Shown piece after piece: positions 38,168 through 48,706 of a DNA stretch of 64,000 bases (position 1 is its first letter; each line of letters begins with the position of its first letter). The position numbers and the translations under genes were made by a program. This stretch comes from Oscillospiraceae bacterium. GTDB taxonomy: Bacteria; Bacillota_I; Bacilli_A; RF39; UBA660. The notes under the pieces are model-generated. The model saw only the letters and a program-made list of their open reading frames with translations, was not told where the DNA came from and made no database searches. Where the stretch lies: NCBI GenBank assembly GCA_963632935.1, contig CAVGWA010000001.1, positions 20,216-84,215 of the forward strand. The letters are read 5' to 3'.

Positions 38168-39025
38168 TTAGTGCTTATAATAATGTGTTCTGTTCATGTA
38201 TTTATTTCGTTTTTTATTTTTTATTGTGAAGATAATTATAGCTATTATAATTGGTGATGAAAGGATTAAAATTCCTATTGCCATTCCTATTATGTCTGTT
38301 ATAAACATACTTTTTGAATAATTTATATAGTATTTTTGTATTTCGTTATTTTCTGCTGTTATATAGATTGTTATTTTATTATTTCCCGTTTTTAATTTGT
38401 TATTTCCTTCTATGTTTATTTTTGCTTTTTTATCTTCAGTTATTATATTTATTTTTAATGATTTCCTGTTTGATGTTACGAAAATATTGTTTATTTCATT
38501 ATCTATAAATTTATATTCTTTGCCATCAATTTTAATTGTTTTTATTTTATTATTACTACTTAGTTTTTTGTTTCTTATTATGTTTATTGTGTATGTTTTA
38601 GTCATACCACCTGGAGTTGTTAATTTTGCTTCTATTTTGTTATTTCCTATTTCTAAGTTTTTTGTTTTTTCGTATTCTACTTTTGCATATTGATAATTTG
38701 GGAGTATTTCTATGTTTGCGGTGGAGTCATATGTTGTAAATGTCATTTCATCATTTGTTTGAATATTTGTTTGATTTATTGTTACACTTTTCAGAGAAAT
38801 ATCATTATATTCTGCACATGGGTCTGTGTATATGGCATCTCCTTCGGCAATAAAACCGGCATCCGTTTGCTTTGCTTTGTGGTAGTGATTATTGTGATAG
38901 CCATATGTTATTCCATTACATGATTTTATCGAGTTTTCATATAACTGTCCTTCATCAGCTTTTACACTATTGATACTTATTCCAAATAGAAACAATAGCA
39001 AAAAAGCATATCTTGTTTTTTTCAT
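38168..39025 (-). CDS. secreted, membrane-anchored surface protein with cadherin-like beta-sandwich-type repeats.
   Basis: Signal peptide. C-terminal TM helix with basic tail. Two ~80-aa repeat units (NIEILPNYQ..., KIKTIKIDG...). Confidence 0.4.
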   Translation of the reverse strand: MKKTRYAFLLLFLFGISINSVKADEGQLYENSIKSCNGITYGYHNNHYHKAKQTDAGFIAEGDAIYTDPCAEYNDISLKSVTINQTNIQTNDEMTFTTYDSTANIEILPNYQYAKVEYEKTKNLEIGNNKIEAKLTTPGGMTKTYTINIIRNKKLSSNNKIKTIKIDGKEYKFIDNEINNIFVTSNRKSLKINIITEDKKAKINIEGNNKLKTGNNKITIYITAENNEIQKYYINYSKSMFITDIIGMAIGILILSSPIIIAIIIFTIKNKKRNKYMNRTHYYKH

Positions 39026-39182
39026 GATACCACCTACTCCATTTAATTTTTTTGAATGCTATATAATAGTATACAGCAACAACAATATAATATCAAAAGA
39101 AAGTGAGAATTTTGTTTATTTTTTTGTTATATTTTAAAATTAACAAGAATAAAAAAATAAAAAAGATTTTGTGATATAAAAA

Positions 39183-39205
39183 AAGTGACTTTTCGTCACT
39201 AATTT
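39183..39205 (-). terminator. terminator after the pyrophosphatase gene (AGTGACGAAAAGTCACT hairpin plus T-run).
   Basis: Seen directly. Confidence 0.5.
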
Positions 39206-40815
39206 TCCATGTAATTCATAATTTTTGGTACAATTTGTTTTTTTCTTGAAACAAGACCTTCAAAAAAGTGGCCTTGTTCAATATTTTCTACACCAAATGA
39301 ATTTGCGAATATTTCTTTGCTTTTTTCATTAAAGAAAATATAAGAACCATTTTTTAAAATGTCTGTTACAAATAGGGCAATTGCTATGTATCCTTCATCT
39401 TGAGCATCTTCATTTAATTCTTTGATGAACTCATCTTTTTTATTTAAGATTTCTGATGTTGTCATAGTAGAAACTTGTCCTATTCCAAATTTTTGATTTT
39501 CTACCATAAAGTTTTTAAAGTCTTCGTGGATTATTTCAGAAATGCTTTTTCCTTTCATTGAAGAACCAGCTTTAAACATTTCCATACCATATTCTTTATA
39601 ATCAACACCAGCGATTTTGCTTAGGGTTTCTAAGGCTTGTTTATCTATGTCAGTTGTTGTTGGCGATGTTAAAAGTAAAGTATCAGAGATAATTCCGGAT
39701 ATCATTAGGCCAGCAATTTCTTTTGGCACTTCTATATTATTTTCTTTGTACATTAGGTATAAAATAGTTTCAGTACATCCTAATGGCATATTTCTAAAGT
39801 TAATAGGCATGCTTGTACCTATGTTTCCAATTTTATGGTGATCGACTATTTCAATAATATCTGCTTCATCTAGGCCAATAACACTTTGTTCTTTTTCATT
39901 GTGATCGACTAAGATAACTTTTTTTGGATGTTTTGAATTTGCGGAACTTATTTTGAAAACGCCTAGACATTTTCCATTGTTATCTAAGATAGGGTAATTA
40001 CTAAATTTTTTCTTGTTTGCTAAATCTAATACTTCTGATAAAGCATCGTTTTCGTTTACTGTTATAATGTTTGTTTCCATTTTTGTTTTGATAAAGTTAC
40101 TTAAAACAACTAGGTTAGAAGCAACTAGAGTATCATAGTCAGTACTTATAACATCAACTTGATTTTTTTTGGCTAATTGTAGGTGTTCTTCTTTCATTTG
40201 AACGCCGTTAGTTAAGATAATTATTGATGCACAATTTTCTATGGCGTATTCTATGATACTATGTCTATCTCCAACGATTAAAACGCTTTCTTTATCTATG
40301 TTTACTTTTTCTTTGAATGTTGTGCTTCTATAGCCTGCGGTTAAAATATTACCTATGATTTCTTTATCAAATCTTAAAATTTCTTTACCATTTAGGGCAG
40401 AAAGTAGGTTATCATATGATGTGTCTAATTTATTTAAATTACCATCAATTAGATTACCTAAGGCATCTTTCATTGAAATTGCTCCAACATATTTTCCTTT
40501 TTTATTTACAACTGGAATGGTTCCAATTTTTGTTTCGTTCATATATTTGTAACCATCTAGTATTGAATTTTCTTCATTTAAAAAACAATTCTCTTCATAA
40601 TCAATGTCTTTTATTTGTAATCTTACATCATTTAAGTATTTAGGTGTTTCAACTTTAAAGTAGTTTAATACAAATTTTGTTTCATTGTTGATATTTCCTA
40701 ATATTCTAGGTTCACAGTCCATTCCTAATTTATTTTTTAGGTATGATAGTACTATAGCTGAAGTTACTGTATCTGTGTCCGGTTTTTGATGTCCAAATAC
40801 GAATGTTTTTTCCAT
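39199..40815 (-). CDS. ppaC: manganese-dependent inorganic pyrophosphatase with inserted CBS domains (DHH/DHHA2 family II PPase).
   Basis: N-terminal FGHQKPDTDTVTSAI DHH motif. CBS pair in the middle. C-terminal DHHA2 region. 538 aa. Confidence 0.8.
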   Translation of the reverse strand: MEKTFVFGHQKPDTDTVTSAIVLSYLKNKLGMDCEPRILGNINNETKFVLNYFKVETPKYLNDVRLQIKDIDYEENCFLNEENSILDGYKYMNETKIGTIPVVNKKGKYVGAISMKDALGNLIDGNLNKLDTSYDNLLSALNGKEILRFDKEIIGNILTAGYRSTTFKEKVNIDKESVLIVGDRHSIIEYAIENCASIIILTNGVQMKEEHLQLAKKNQVDVISTDYDTLVASNLVVLSNFIKTKMETNIITVNENDALSEVLDLANKKKFSNYPILDNNGKCLGVFKISSANSKHPKKVILVDHNEKEQSVIGLDEADIIEIVDHHKIGNIGTSMPINFRNMPLGCTETILYLMYKENNIEVPKEIAGLMISGIISDTLLLTSPTTTDIDKQALETLSKIAGVDYKEYGMEMFKAGSSMKGKSISEIIHEDFKNFMVENQKFGIGQVSTMTTSEILNKKDEFIKELNEDAQDEGYIAIALFVTDILKNGSYIFFNEKSKEIFANSFGVENIEQGHFFEGLVSRKKQIVPKIMNYMEN

Positions 40816-40918
40816 TTAATCCTCTCCTTTTTTAAGCTGTAACAATTATAGCACTTTTTAATTTTTATTTAAAGTATAATTATTATATTTTCACGCACAA
40901 TAAAATCTAGAAAGAAGG

Positions 40919-41443
40919 TTGAAAATGAAACAATTTGGAATCATTAGACGAATAGATGAGCTTGGGAGAATTGTAATTCCAAAAGAGATGAGAAGGGCTT
41001 TAAGAATTAAAAATGGGGATAGTTTAGAAATATTTATTGATAGGGAAAATATAGTTTTGAAAAGGTACTCAGAGATAAATGAATTTTCTGATTTGGCTAG
41101 GGTTATTGTTAATTTGATTGGGAATTATTTGAAGTGTGATGTTTTATTATGTGATACAAATTGTTATTTATTTGGTTCTGGCGATGGAGGAAAAAGTTAT
41201 ATAAATAAAAATGTAAGTAATGATATTATTGATATTTTGGAAAAAAGAAAGTTAGTTAGTAGGGATAATGTTTGTTTGATAGGCAGTGAAAGTAGGGAAG
41301 GAGAGTTTATTATAAATCCTATTGTTTCTGGTGGTGATGTTTTAGGCGGAATTATTGTATTTTGTCCTGATGAGTTTACTTCTGATAATATAAATATACT
41401 CAATTTTGGATCTAAAATTTTAGAAAGACATATTGAAAACTGA
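40919..41443 (+). CDS. spoVT: stage V sporulation protein T (AbrB-type N-terminal domain plus GAF domain).
   Basis: GIIRRIDELGRIVIPKEMRRALRI closely matches B. subtilis SpoVT N-terminus. GAF-like C-terminal domain ending GPIV..GD..G.IV.F. Confidence 0.8.
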   Translation: MKMKQFGIIRRIDELGRIVIPKEMRRALRIKNGDSLEIFIDRENIVLKRYSEINEFSDLARVIVNLIGNYLKCDVLLCDTNCYLFGSGDGGKSYINKNVSNDIIDILEKRKLVSRDNVCLIGSESREGEFIINPIVSGGDVLGGIIVFCPDEFTSDNINILNFGSKILERHIEN

Positions 41444-41454
41444 TATTAAAAATG

Positions 41455-41660
41455 TTATAATTACCGTGAAATGCGAGGAAAGAAAGAACGGTAGGTAACT
41501 TTATAGAGAGTTTATGTTTGGTGGAAATAAACAAGGTGACTATCTTAAATGGCTCTGGAGCAGTCTAACTATGTTAGAACGTAATCACACGTTACGTGTT
41601 TGAGGTAAGTTTTCTTACAAATTAAGGTGGTACCACGTTCAAAACGTCCTTATATATAGG
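41455..41660 (+). promoter_or_regulatory. T-box riboswitch leader upstream of metG.
   Basis: Conserved T-box sequence AAGGTGGTACCACG at ~41626-41639 followed by terminator/antiterminator. Leader about 200 nt. Confidence 0.7.
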
Positions 41661-41687
41661 ATGTTTTTTATTTTGAGGAGGGATATT

Positions 41688-43250
41688 ATGAAACCAAAAT
41701 TTTATATTACAACATCTATATTTTATGCTTCGGCTAAACCACATATTGGAAATACTTATGAGGGTATTTTGACTGATGCGATTGCGAGATATAAACGATT
41801 GATGGGATTTGATGTTAGATTTCACACTGGAACTGATGAACATGGCGAGAAGGTTGAATTAAAAGCAAGGGAAGCTTCTAAGAGTCCTCAAGAATATGTT
41901 GATGAGGTTTCTTTAGAGGTTAAAAGAATTGATGATTTAATGAACATAAGTTATGATAAGTTTGTTAGAACTTCTAATCCACATCATAAGGAAGTTGTTA
42001 GTAAGATTTTTAAGAGATTATATGAAAATGGTGATATTTATAAGGGTAAGTATGAAGGCCTTTATTGTACACCTTGTGAGTCGTTTTTTACTGAAAAGGA
42101 TTTAGTGGACGGAAAATGTCCTGATTGTGGTCGTGATGTTCATAAAACTGAGGAAGAAGCTTACTTTTTGAAATTAAGTAAGTACAATAAATGGCTTGAG
42201 GATTATATTGATTCTCATCCGGATTTTATTAAACCTGAAAGTAGAAAAAATGAAATTGTTAATAATTTTATTAAACCTGGAGTTCAAGATTTATGCATTT
42301 CAAGAACATCTTTTGATTGGGGTGTGAAGGTTCCGTTTGATGAGAAACATGTTATTTATGTTTGGCTGGATGCTTTGGTTAATTATATTACTTTTGTAGG
42401 ATATGATCCTGATAATAAGAGTGATGAATTTGATAAATATTGGCCTGCGGATGTACACATCATTGGTAAGGATATTTTGAGATTTCATACTATTTACTGG
42501 CCTGTAATTTTGAAAGCACTTGATTTACCATTACCAAAATGTATTTTTGGTCATCCTTGGGTATTATCATCTGATAGTGATAAAATGAGTAAATCTAAGG
42601 GAAATGTTTTATATGCGGATAATTTGGCTCGTTTATTTGGTACTGATGCGATTAGATATTATGTTTTGCACGAAATTCCATATGGACATGATGGTAATAT
42701 AGGTTATGAATTGATTATTGATAGAATTAATTCTGATTTAGCAAATACATTAGGAAATTTGGTTAATAGAACAATTAATATGAGTTATAAGTATTTTGAT
42801 GGTATTGTAAGTAATCCTAAGCAATATGAAGATGTTGATAAAGCTTTAATTGAAAGTGCGACTAGTTTAGGTGATAGAATTGATGAAAAGATGAATGATC
42901 TTAAGGTTGCTGATGCGATTGAAGAGATAATGGAATTATACAGACAAAGTAATAAATATATTGATGAAACAACGCCTTGGATTTTAGCTAAGGACGATAG
43001 TAAAAAGGAAAGACTTCAAACTGTTTTATATAATTTACTTGAATCTATTAGAATTGCAAATGTGTATTTGTCTGCTTTTTTACCTGAGACTGCCGAGAAA
43101 ATATTTAAACAATTAAATACTCAAAATAATAGGGTAGAGAGTACTAAAGATTTTAACGGTATGGATGATGGTATTAAGCTAAATGAACCAGAAATTTTAT
43201 TTGCTCGTATTGATAAAAGTGAATTTGAAAAAAAATTGGAAACTATTTAG
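41688..43250 (+). CDS. metG: methionine--tRNA ligase (short form).
   Basis: HIGN (HIGNTYEG) and KMSKS (KMSKSKGN) class-I motifs. Zn knuckle CTPCESFF...CPDCG. RBS GAGGAGGG before ATG at 41688. Confidence 0.9.
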   Translation: MKPKFYITTSIFYASAKPHIGNTYEGILTDAIARYKRLMGFDVRFHTGTDEHGEKVELKAREASKSPQEYVDEVSLEVKRIDDLMNISYDKFVRTSNPHHKEVVSKIFKRLYENGDIYKGKYEGLYCTPCESFFTEKDLVDGKCPDCGRDVHKTEEEAYFLKLSKYNKWLEDYIDSHPDFIKPESRKNEIVNNFIKPGVQDLCISRTSFDWGVKVPFDEKHVIYVWLDALVNYITFVGYDPDNKSDEFDKYWPADVHIIGKDILRFHTIYWPVILKALDLPLPKCIFGHPWVLSSDSDKMSKSKGNVLYADNLARLFGTDAIRYYVLHEIPYGHDGNIGYELIIDRINSDLANTLGNLVNRTINMSYKYFDGIVSNPKQYEDVDKALIESATSLGDRIDEKMNDLKVADAIEEIMELYRQSNKYIDETTPWILAKDDSKKERLQTVLYNLLESIRIANVYLSAFLPETAEKIFKQLNTQNNRVESTKDFNGMDDGIKLNEPEILFARIDKSEFEKKLETI

Positions 43251-43368
43251 GTTTCCATTTTTGTTTGTAAATTGTTGTAAAATGTCGAGAGTTTATTGTT
43301 GCCTTTATAAATGTAATCGTGTTATTCTAGGGGTGGACGAATTAATAAAACAAGAGAGGAATATTAAC

Positions 43369-43533
43369 ATGAACCATAAAAACATTAGTGGAATTGGTGT
43401 GATGTTCGTTTTTATTATTTTTTATTTAACAATGAGTATTATTGATAAATTTAATTATTTAGATTTTGTATACCTTTTGTTTATAATTGGTTGTTTTATT
43501 AGATTTATTTTTATTAAAAAAGAACAAAATTAG
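43369..43533 (+). CDS. small membrane protein (54 aa).
   Basis: RBS-preceded ATG. Two hydrophobic helices. Confidence 0.3.
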   Translation: MNHKNISGIGVMFVFIIFYLTMSIIDKFNYLDFVYLLFIIGCFIRFIFIKKEQN

Positions 43534-43537
43534 GGGA

Positions 43538-43798
43538 TTAATTTTTTAAGTTATTAATCTCTTTTTCTAATGCTTTTATTACTTTTTCAAGCATATATAT
43601 TGTATTTTCTTTATCATTAAATGTTGTTTTTTCATTTTTTAGTTGTACAAAGTAAGCATTTGTGCATAACATTTGAGCTATTAACATAAGCCAGTTTCCT
43701 AAGGCATTTTGTTCAGCTGATGTTGTGTCATCTAAAAGTAGATAACCTATTGCGACTGCACTTAGTGTTGAAAGTTTTGGAGGAAGGTTTGAAAACAA
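43538..43798 (-). CDS. hypothetical protein.
   Basis: ORF only. Confidence 0.3.
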   Translation of the reverse strand: MFSNLPPKLSTLSAVAIGYLLLDDTTSAEQNALGNWLMLIAQMLCTNAYFVQLKNEKTTFNDKENTIYMLEKVIKALEKEINNLKN

Positions 43799-43932
43799 AT
43801 TATTACCCCCTTATATAAATTCTATTATATATATCTAAACTAATTACTTATTTTATTTGTATTTTCTTTCAAGGTTTTATAAGGTGGGGACTGATTATAT
43901 TTTAGGGCTTACAGATATAAAAAAAGTTTGAT

Positions 43933-44754
43933 TTAATTCAAACTATTAGCTATTTCTACAAATATTTCTATTGGTAAGGCTTCAGCTCTTACGGTTAAAT
44001 CTAAATTATGGGTTTTTAATATTTCTTCTATTTTATTTAAATCATAGTTTTTTAGATTATTTTTTAAGGTTTTTCTTTTTTGTTTAAAGGCATCTTTTAT
44101 TAGTTTGAAAAAGATTTCCTCATTTACTTTTAATTTTTCTTCTTTCTTTGTAAAACATACTACTATGCTATCAACGTTTGGTTTTGGTATAAATACGTTT
44201 TTACTAACATCTAATAGTTTTTCCACATTATAATAGTAATTTAAAAATATTGATAATGAATTATATTCTTTTGTGTTTGGTTTGGCTTTAAATCTATTAC
44301 CAACTTCTTTTTGAACCATGACTACAATTTTGTCTATGTTTGATTTATCTTCTATTAGTTTTATTATTATTGGTGTTGTTATATAGTAGGGGAGATTGGC
44401 TACTACGTATATTTTTTTGTAATCATATTTTTTTAAATCTTTTTCAATATTTCTTTTTAAAAAATCACCATATATTATTTCTGTGTTGTTTTCAATGTTT
44501 TGCTCTAATATTGGTTTTAGTGTTTCGTCTATTTCATAGGCAATTACATTCCCTGCAACTTTACCTAGTTCACTTGTTAGGGATCCTGCTCCTGGGCCTA
44601 TTTCCATTACTAATGTATCTTTATCTATTTTTGATTTATTAATTATGCTGTGGATAATATTTTTGTCCACAATAAAATTTTGACCATATTTTTTTTTGAA
44701 GTTAAAGTTTTGATTTTTTAATGTATTACTTATTGCTTTTGGTGAGTATTCCAT
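43933..44754 (-). CDS. rsmA: 16S rRNA (adenine1518/1519-N6)-dimethyltransferase.
   Basis: KKYGQNFI, EIGPGAG, NLPYYITTPI motifs of KsgA. Confidence 0.85.
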   Translation of the reverse strand: MEYSPKAISNTLKNQNFNFKKKYGQNFIVDKNIIHSIINKSKIDKDTLVMEIGPGAGSLTSELGKVAGNVIAYEIDETLKPILEQNIENNTEIIYGDFLKRNIEKDLKKYDYKKIYVVANLPYYITTPIIIKLIEDKSNIDKIVVMVQKEVGNRFKAKPNTKEYNSLSIFLNYYYNVEKLLDVSKNVFIPKPNVDSIVVCFTKKEEKLKVNEEIFFKLIKDAFKQKRKTLKNNLKNYDLNKIEEILKTHNLDLTVRAEALPIEIFVEIANSLN

Positions 44755-44794
44755 AGTTTTTCCTCCAAGTTTATTATACTAAAAAAATGAAGTT

Positions 44795-45499
44795 TTAAAA
44801 ACCCCATCTTTTAACGCTATATTTAACGTTTGAACTGGTTGTTTTGTTTATATCTGGGTCTGTTTCTGATTTATAAGCTAGGTCCATATGAACTGTTCCA
44901 TTTGACCAAGCATTTCGCATTGCACTACCAGTATCTAAAACGATAGCATTGAAGGTTCCTAAATTAGGGTTATTTACTTCTATTATTGTTCCACAAGGAA
45001 ATTTATCTAAAGCTGCGGCGATGATACGAACTGTTCCGTATTCATCATCTTGATATGTGTTTCCATCTGTTGTTAAGCTGTGATAAGAGCCAGATTTTGT
45101 TTTACAATATAGTGTTCCCGTTTTTGAACAACCTTCGCAGTCTGCACCATAACCTGTCATTTTTCCTACGTATTCAGCTTCATCACCAGTTCCAATTTCG
45201 ATTTCTGCATTTGTTGGACTTTCAATGACTTGTGTGTTGTTATCACTGTCAATATAGGCTAGTCCGTTATGCCCCTCTTGTTTTGTGATGGTTGTTCCAG
45301 TAGGAAGACTTTTGTTATAAGTTTTGACTGTATCATATTCTATGACTTTCGTTAAAGCCACAGAGTTTTTTGTCTGGTTTAAGTTTTTTACTTCAACTTT
45401 CTTTTCTGAAATTGGGTTACCAGAACTCAATAGCCCTGTTAAAATTAATGTTATTAAATATAAATTAACGCTTAATTTCCACAGGTGATTTTTATTCAT
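44795..45499 (-). CDS. YabE-like cell-wall protein with C-terminal 3D (RlpA-like) domain.
   Basis: Signal/TM N-terminus. C-terminal D..G.A...D.AY 3D-domain pattern. Conserved position between tatD and ksgA as in B. subtilis. Confidence 0.55.
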   Translation of the reverse strand: MNKNHLWKLSVNLYLITLILTGLLSSGNPISEKKVEVKNLNQTKNSVALTKVIEYDTVKTYNKSLPTGTTITKQEGHNGLAYIDSDNNTQVIESPTNAEIEIGTGDEAEYVGKMTGYGADCEGCSKTGTLYCKTKSGSYHSLTTDGNTYQDDEYGTVRIIAAALDKFPCGTIIEVNNPNLGTFNAIVLDTGSAMRNAWSNGTVHMDLAYKSETDPDINKTTSSNVKYSVKRWGF

Positions 45500-45547
45500 A
45501 TTTCACCTCATATTTCAAAATTGAAACCGAGTAGTATGATAACACTA

Positions 45548-46306
45548 TTATATTTTTATGTCAAATTGATGAATTGCAGTCGATGTTGTTGTGTCATATA
45601 TTATATTTATATCTATGTTTTTTAATTCTGATATTTTTTGAGCTACATATTTAATGTTTACTGGTTCGTTTTGATGACCTCTAAATGGTTCAGGAGTTAG
45701 ATATGGGCTATCTGTTTCTAAAAGAAAGTTTTTTAAATCTAATGTTTTTACTATTTCTTTTAGTTTTTTTTCATTTTTGAATGTTAAGACGCCTCCTATA
45801 CCAAGTGTTATGTTTAATTTTATGAATTTTTTTGCCATTTCTAGGCTTCCACTATAGCAGTGCATATGACATTTTGTTTCTTTTTCTTTATATTTTTCTA
45901 TAATATTATATGTATCTTCAATTGCATCTCTACTATGAATGACTATTGTTTTTTTATATTTATTTGCAAGGTTGATTTGTTTTATGAATAACTGTTTTTG
46001 GTTTTCTTTGTTTTCTTTGGTGTAATGGTAGTCAAGTCCTATTTCTCCAATGCCTACTATTTTTGGATGTGCTAGATATTTTTCTATTTTTTTTATATCT
46101 TTGTCTTTATATGTATCAGCAAATTCTGGATGAATTCCTATTGTTCCATAGATATTGTTATAATTTTCACATAAATAAATTACTTCTTCTATGTCTTCTG
46201 GTGAGGCAGTTGATACTATCATTATGTTATTTTTCATGTTTTTTATTATTTGTTTTGGGTTGTCATAGTCATTTTTGCTTATATGACAGTGTGTATCTAT
46301 CATCAT
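45548..46306 (-). CDS. tatD: TatD-family metal-dependent DNase.
   Basis: IDTHCH, GEIGLDY, HSRDA motifs. Confidence 0.85.
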   Translation of the reverse strand: MMIDTHCHISKNDYDNPKQIIKNMKNNIMIVSTASPEDIEEVIYLCENYNNIYGTIGIHPEFADTYKDKDIKKIEKYLAHPKIVGIGEIGLDYHYTKENKENQKQLFIKQINLANKYKKTIVIHSRDAIEDTYNIIEKYKEKETKCHMHCYSGSLEMAKKFIKLNITLGIGGVLTFKNEKKLKEIVKTLDLKNFLLETDSPYLTPEPFRGHQNEPVNIKYVAQKISELKNIDINIIYDTTTSTAIHQFDIKI

Positions 46307-46365
46307 TTTTTAACACTTCCTTTGTTTGTTTTATGTTTGAAATATCAAAAAAATAAGGATTTTCC

Positions 46366-47202
46366 TTATAATTCATGATATTCATTATAGACTTCACTTT
46401 TTGGAATGTTCCTTTCCTTGGCAACTTTTTTTATTGCTTCTTTTGGAATTAATCCATCTTCTATATATAAATCTACATGCTCTTTTATAGTAATATTTTC
46501 AAATGTTTTTTGCTTTGTATTGCCTTCTGTTATTATAACTATTTCGCCTTTTATGTTTTCTACTTGTTTTATCACGTTATCAATGTCATCTCTAATGACT
46601 TCTTCATATTTTTTGCTTATTTCTCTTACGATTGCAATTTTTCTATTTCCAAATATTTCTTTTATGTTATTTAATGTTTTTAATAGTCTATGTGGGGCTT
46701 CATAAAAGGCAATAGGGTATGGAACTGTTTTTAATGATTCTAATTCTTTTTTTCTTTTACTTTCTTTGCTATTTAAAAATCCATAGAACATAAATGGTCC
46801 ACCACTTAGTCCCGACATTACTAGGGCAGGTATTACTGCTGTTGGTCCTGGAAGGCAAACTACATTATAATTATGTTTAATAGCATTATTTACTAGTATA
46901 AATCCAGGATCACTTATTACGGGTGTGCCTCTATCACTTACTACTGCAATGTTTTTTCCTTGATTTAGATATTCAATTTCCTTTGTTTCGTTGTTTTCTT
47001 CATTGTATAAATGGCTAGATATTAATTTATTTTTAATATCATAGTATTTTAACAGTTGATTGGTTGTTCTTGTATCTTCAGCAAATATAACATCTACTGT
47101 TTTTAGTATGTTTAATGCTCTTAGTGTTATATCTTCCATATTTCCAATTGGGGTTGGTACTATGTATAAAGTAGGGGAATCATCATAACTTTTTTGTTTC
47201 AT
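46366..47202 (-). CDS. rsmI: 16S rRNA (cytidine1402-2'-O)-methyltransferase.
   Basis: LYIVPTPIGNMEDITLRAL...AEDTR tetrapyrrole-methylase-fold N-terminus typical of RsmI. Confidence 0.85.
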   Translation of the reverse strand: MKQKSYDDSPTLYIVPTPIGNMEDITLRALNILKTVDVIFAEDTRTTNQLLKYYDIKNKLISSHLYNEENNETKEIEYLNQGKNIAVVSDRGTPVISDPGFILVNNAIKHNYNVVCLPGPTAVIPALVMSGLSGGPFMFYGFLNSKESKRKKELESLKTVPYPIAFYEAPHRLLKTLNNIKEIFGNRKIAIVREISKKYEEVIRDDIDNVIKQVENIKGEIVIITEGNTKQKTFENITIKEHVDLYIEDGLIPKEAIKKVAKERNIPKSEVYNEYHEL

Positions 47203-47213
47203 GTAATGTCACC

Positions 47214-47933
47214 TCATTTAAAATATTTTTGAATTTCTTTTGTATATGTTCCATCTTCATTATGTGAATATAGGGGTGGTAATATTTTTAATCCTTTTTT
47301 TCCGTTTTTTTTACCTTCAATTAATAGTATGTTGGCTTCTTTATTTTTTTTAGGATATATTAATCTTATTTTTTTTGGTTCTATATTGTAATTTCTCATT
47401 TTCGTTAATATATCTATTAATCTTTCTGGTCTGTGTACTAAGGCAAGGGTGCCTCCATTTTTTAGTAATTTTTTTGATGCGGAAAGTAGAATATCTAAAT
47501 TTAAATTTATTTCATGACGAGCAAATGTTTTGTAATCACTTTTGTTTAATTTTGAATTATCATTTATTTCAAAATATGGTGGATTACAAGTTATTACATC
47601 GTATGTTTCTGTTTCTATATAATTTTTATAGTTATTTATATCGTCGTTAATTATTTCAATTTGATTTTCTTTGTTGTTTATTTGAATGCTTTCTTTTGCC
47701 ATTTGACTTACTTCTTTTTGTATTTCTACGCCAGTTATATGAGCTGACGTTTTTTGCGATAAAATAAGAGGAATAGGGGCATTGCCACAACCTATATCTA
47801 GGATTTTTTTTGCTGATTTATTAAGGGTTACAAAGTTTGCTAATAGTATACTATCTAATGAAAAATTAAACATTTCATTGTCTTGTATTATTTTTAGGTT
47901 TTCATAACCTAGCAAATAATTTGTTACTTTCAT
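47214..47933 (-). CDS. SAM-dependent N6-adenine methyltransferase (YabB/TrmN6-like tRNA m6A37 methyltransferase).
   Basis: DIGCGNAPIPL SAM motif and NPPY (CNPPYF) motif. Confidence 0.6.
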   Translation of the reverse strand: MKVTNYLLGYENLKIIQDNEMFNFSLDSILLANFVTLNKSAKKILDIGCGNAPIPLILSQKTSAHITGVEIQKEVSQMAKESIQINNKENQIEIINDDINNYKNYIETETYDVITCNPPYFEINDNSKLNKSDYKTFARHEINLNLDILLSASKKLLKNGGTLALVHRPERLIDILTKMRNYNIEPKKIRLIYPKKNKEANILLIEGKKNGKKGLKILPPLYSHNEDGTYTKEIQKYFK

Positions 47934-48706
47934 TTTTTGTCGATTTCTACTATTCCATAGTCTTTGACATTTACTTTGTATTTTTGCCTTAATATATCTA
48001 ATCCTATTACTTTCCCTTCACCATGTTCTGTTGATACTTTATCTCCTATTTTAAGCATATTTTTACGGCATGAAAGGTAACATTCGTTTTCATATTTTAG
48101 ACAGCACATTAATCTACCGCATACTCCATTTATTTTTGATGGGTTAAGTGCGATGTTTTGATTTTTTGCTTGATTTATTGATACTGCATTTAAATCTTTT
48201 AGGAAACGGGCACAACAAAGTTTTTGTCCACATGGGCCATAACCGCCAATTGATTGTGCTTTATCTCTAATTCCTATTTGTCTTAGTTCTATACGAACTT
48301 TATATATGCTTGCTAATTCTTTAGCTAAGTCTCTAAAGTCAATACGATTTGATGAGACAAATTTAAATATTAATTTATCTCGGTCAAGTGTGTAATTTGC
48401 TTCTACTATATTCATTTCAAGCTTTTTTTCTGCTGCTATTTGACGACATTTTTTTAATGCATGGGAGGCATCTTTTTTATTTTTTTTATAATTTAGGTAA
48501 TCTTTTTTGGTTGATATTCTTACTATATTTTTTATTTCATTTTTTTCTTTTTCTATTTTTATATTTGTTTGTACGACTGTTGCGAATTGAAGTCCTTGCT
48601 GGGTTTCAACTATGACAGTTACATTATTTTTTAATTTTAGTTTTCCAGGTGCATAATAGTGAATTCTACCTGTAGGCTGAAATTTTACTCCAACAACTTC
48701 AATCAT
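47930..48706 (-). CDS. ricT: PSP1-domain protein YaaT/RicT.
   Basis: N-terminal VVGVKFQPTGRIHYY matches YaaT. Conserved position after holB. Confidence 0.75.
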   Translation of the reverse strand: MIEVVGVKFQPTGRIHYYAPGKLKLKNNVTVIVETQQGLQFATVVQTNIKIEKEKNEIKNIVRISTKKDYLNYKKNKKDASHALKKCRQIAAEKKLEMNIVEANYTLDRDKLIFKFVSSNRIDFRDLAKELASIYKVRIELRQIGIRDKAQSIGGYGPCGQKLCCARFLKDLNAVSINQAKNQNIALNPSKINGVCGRLMCCLKYENECYLSCRKNMLKIGDKVSTEHGEGKVIGLDILRQKYKVNVKDYGIVEIDKK

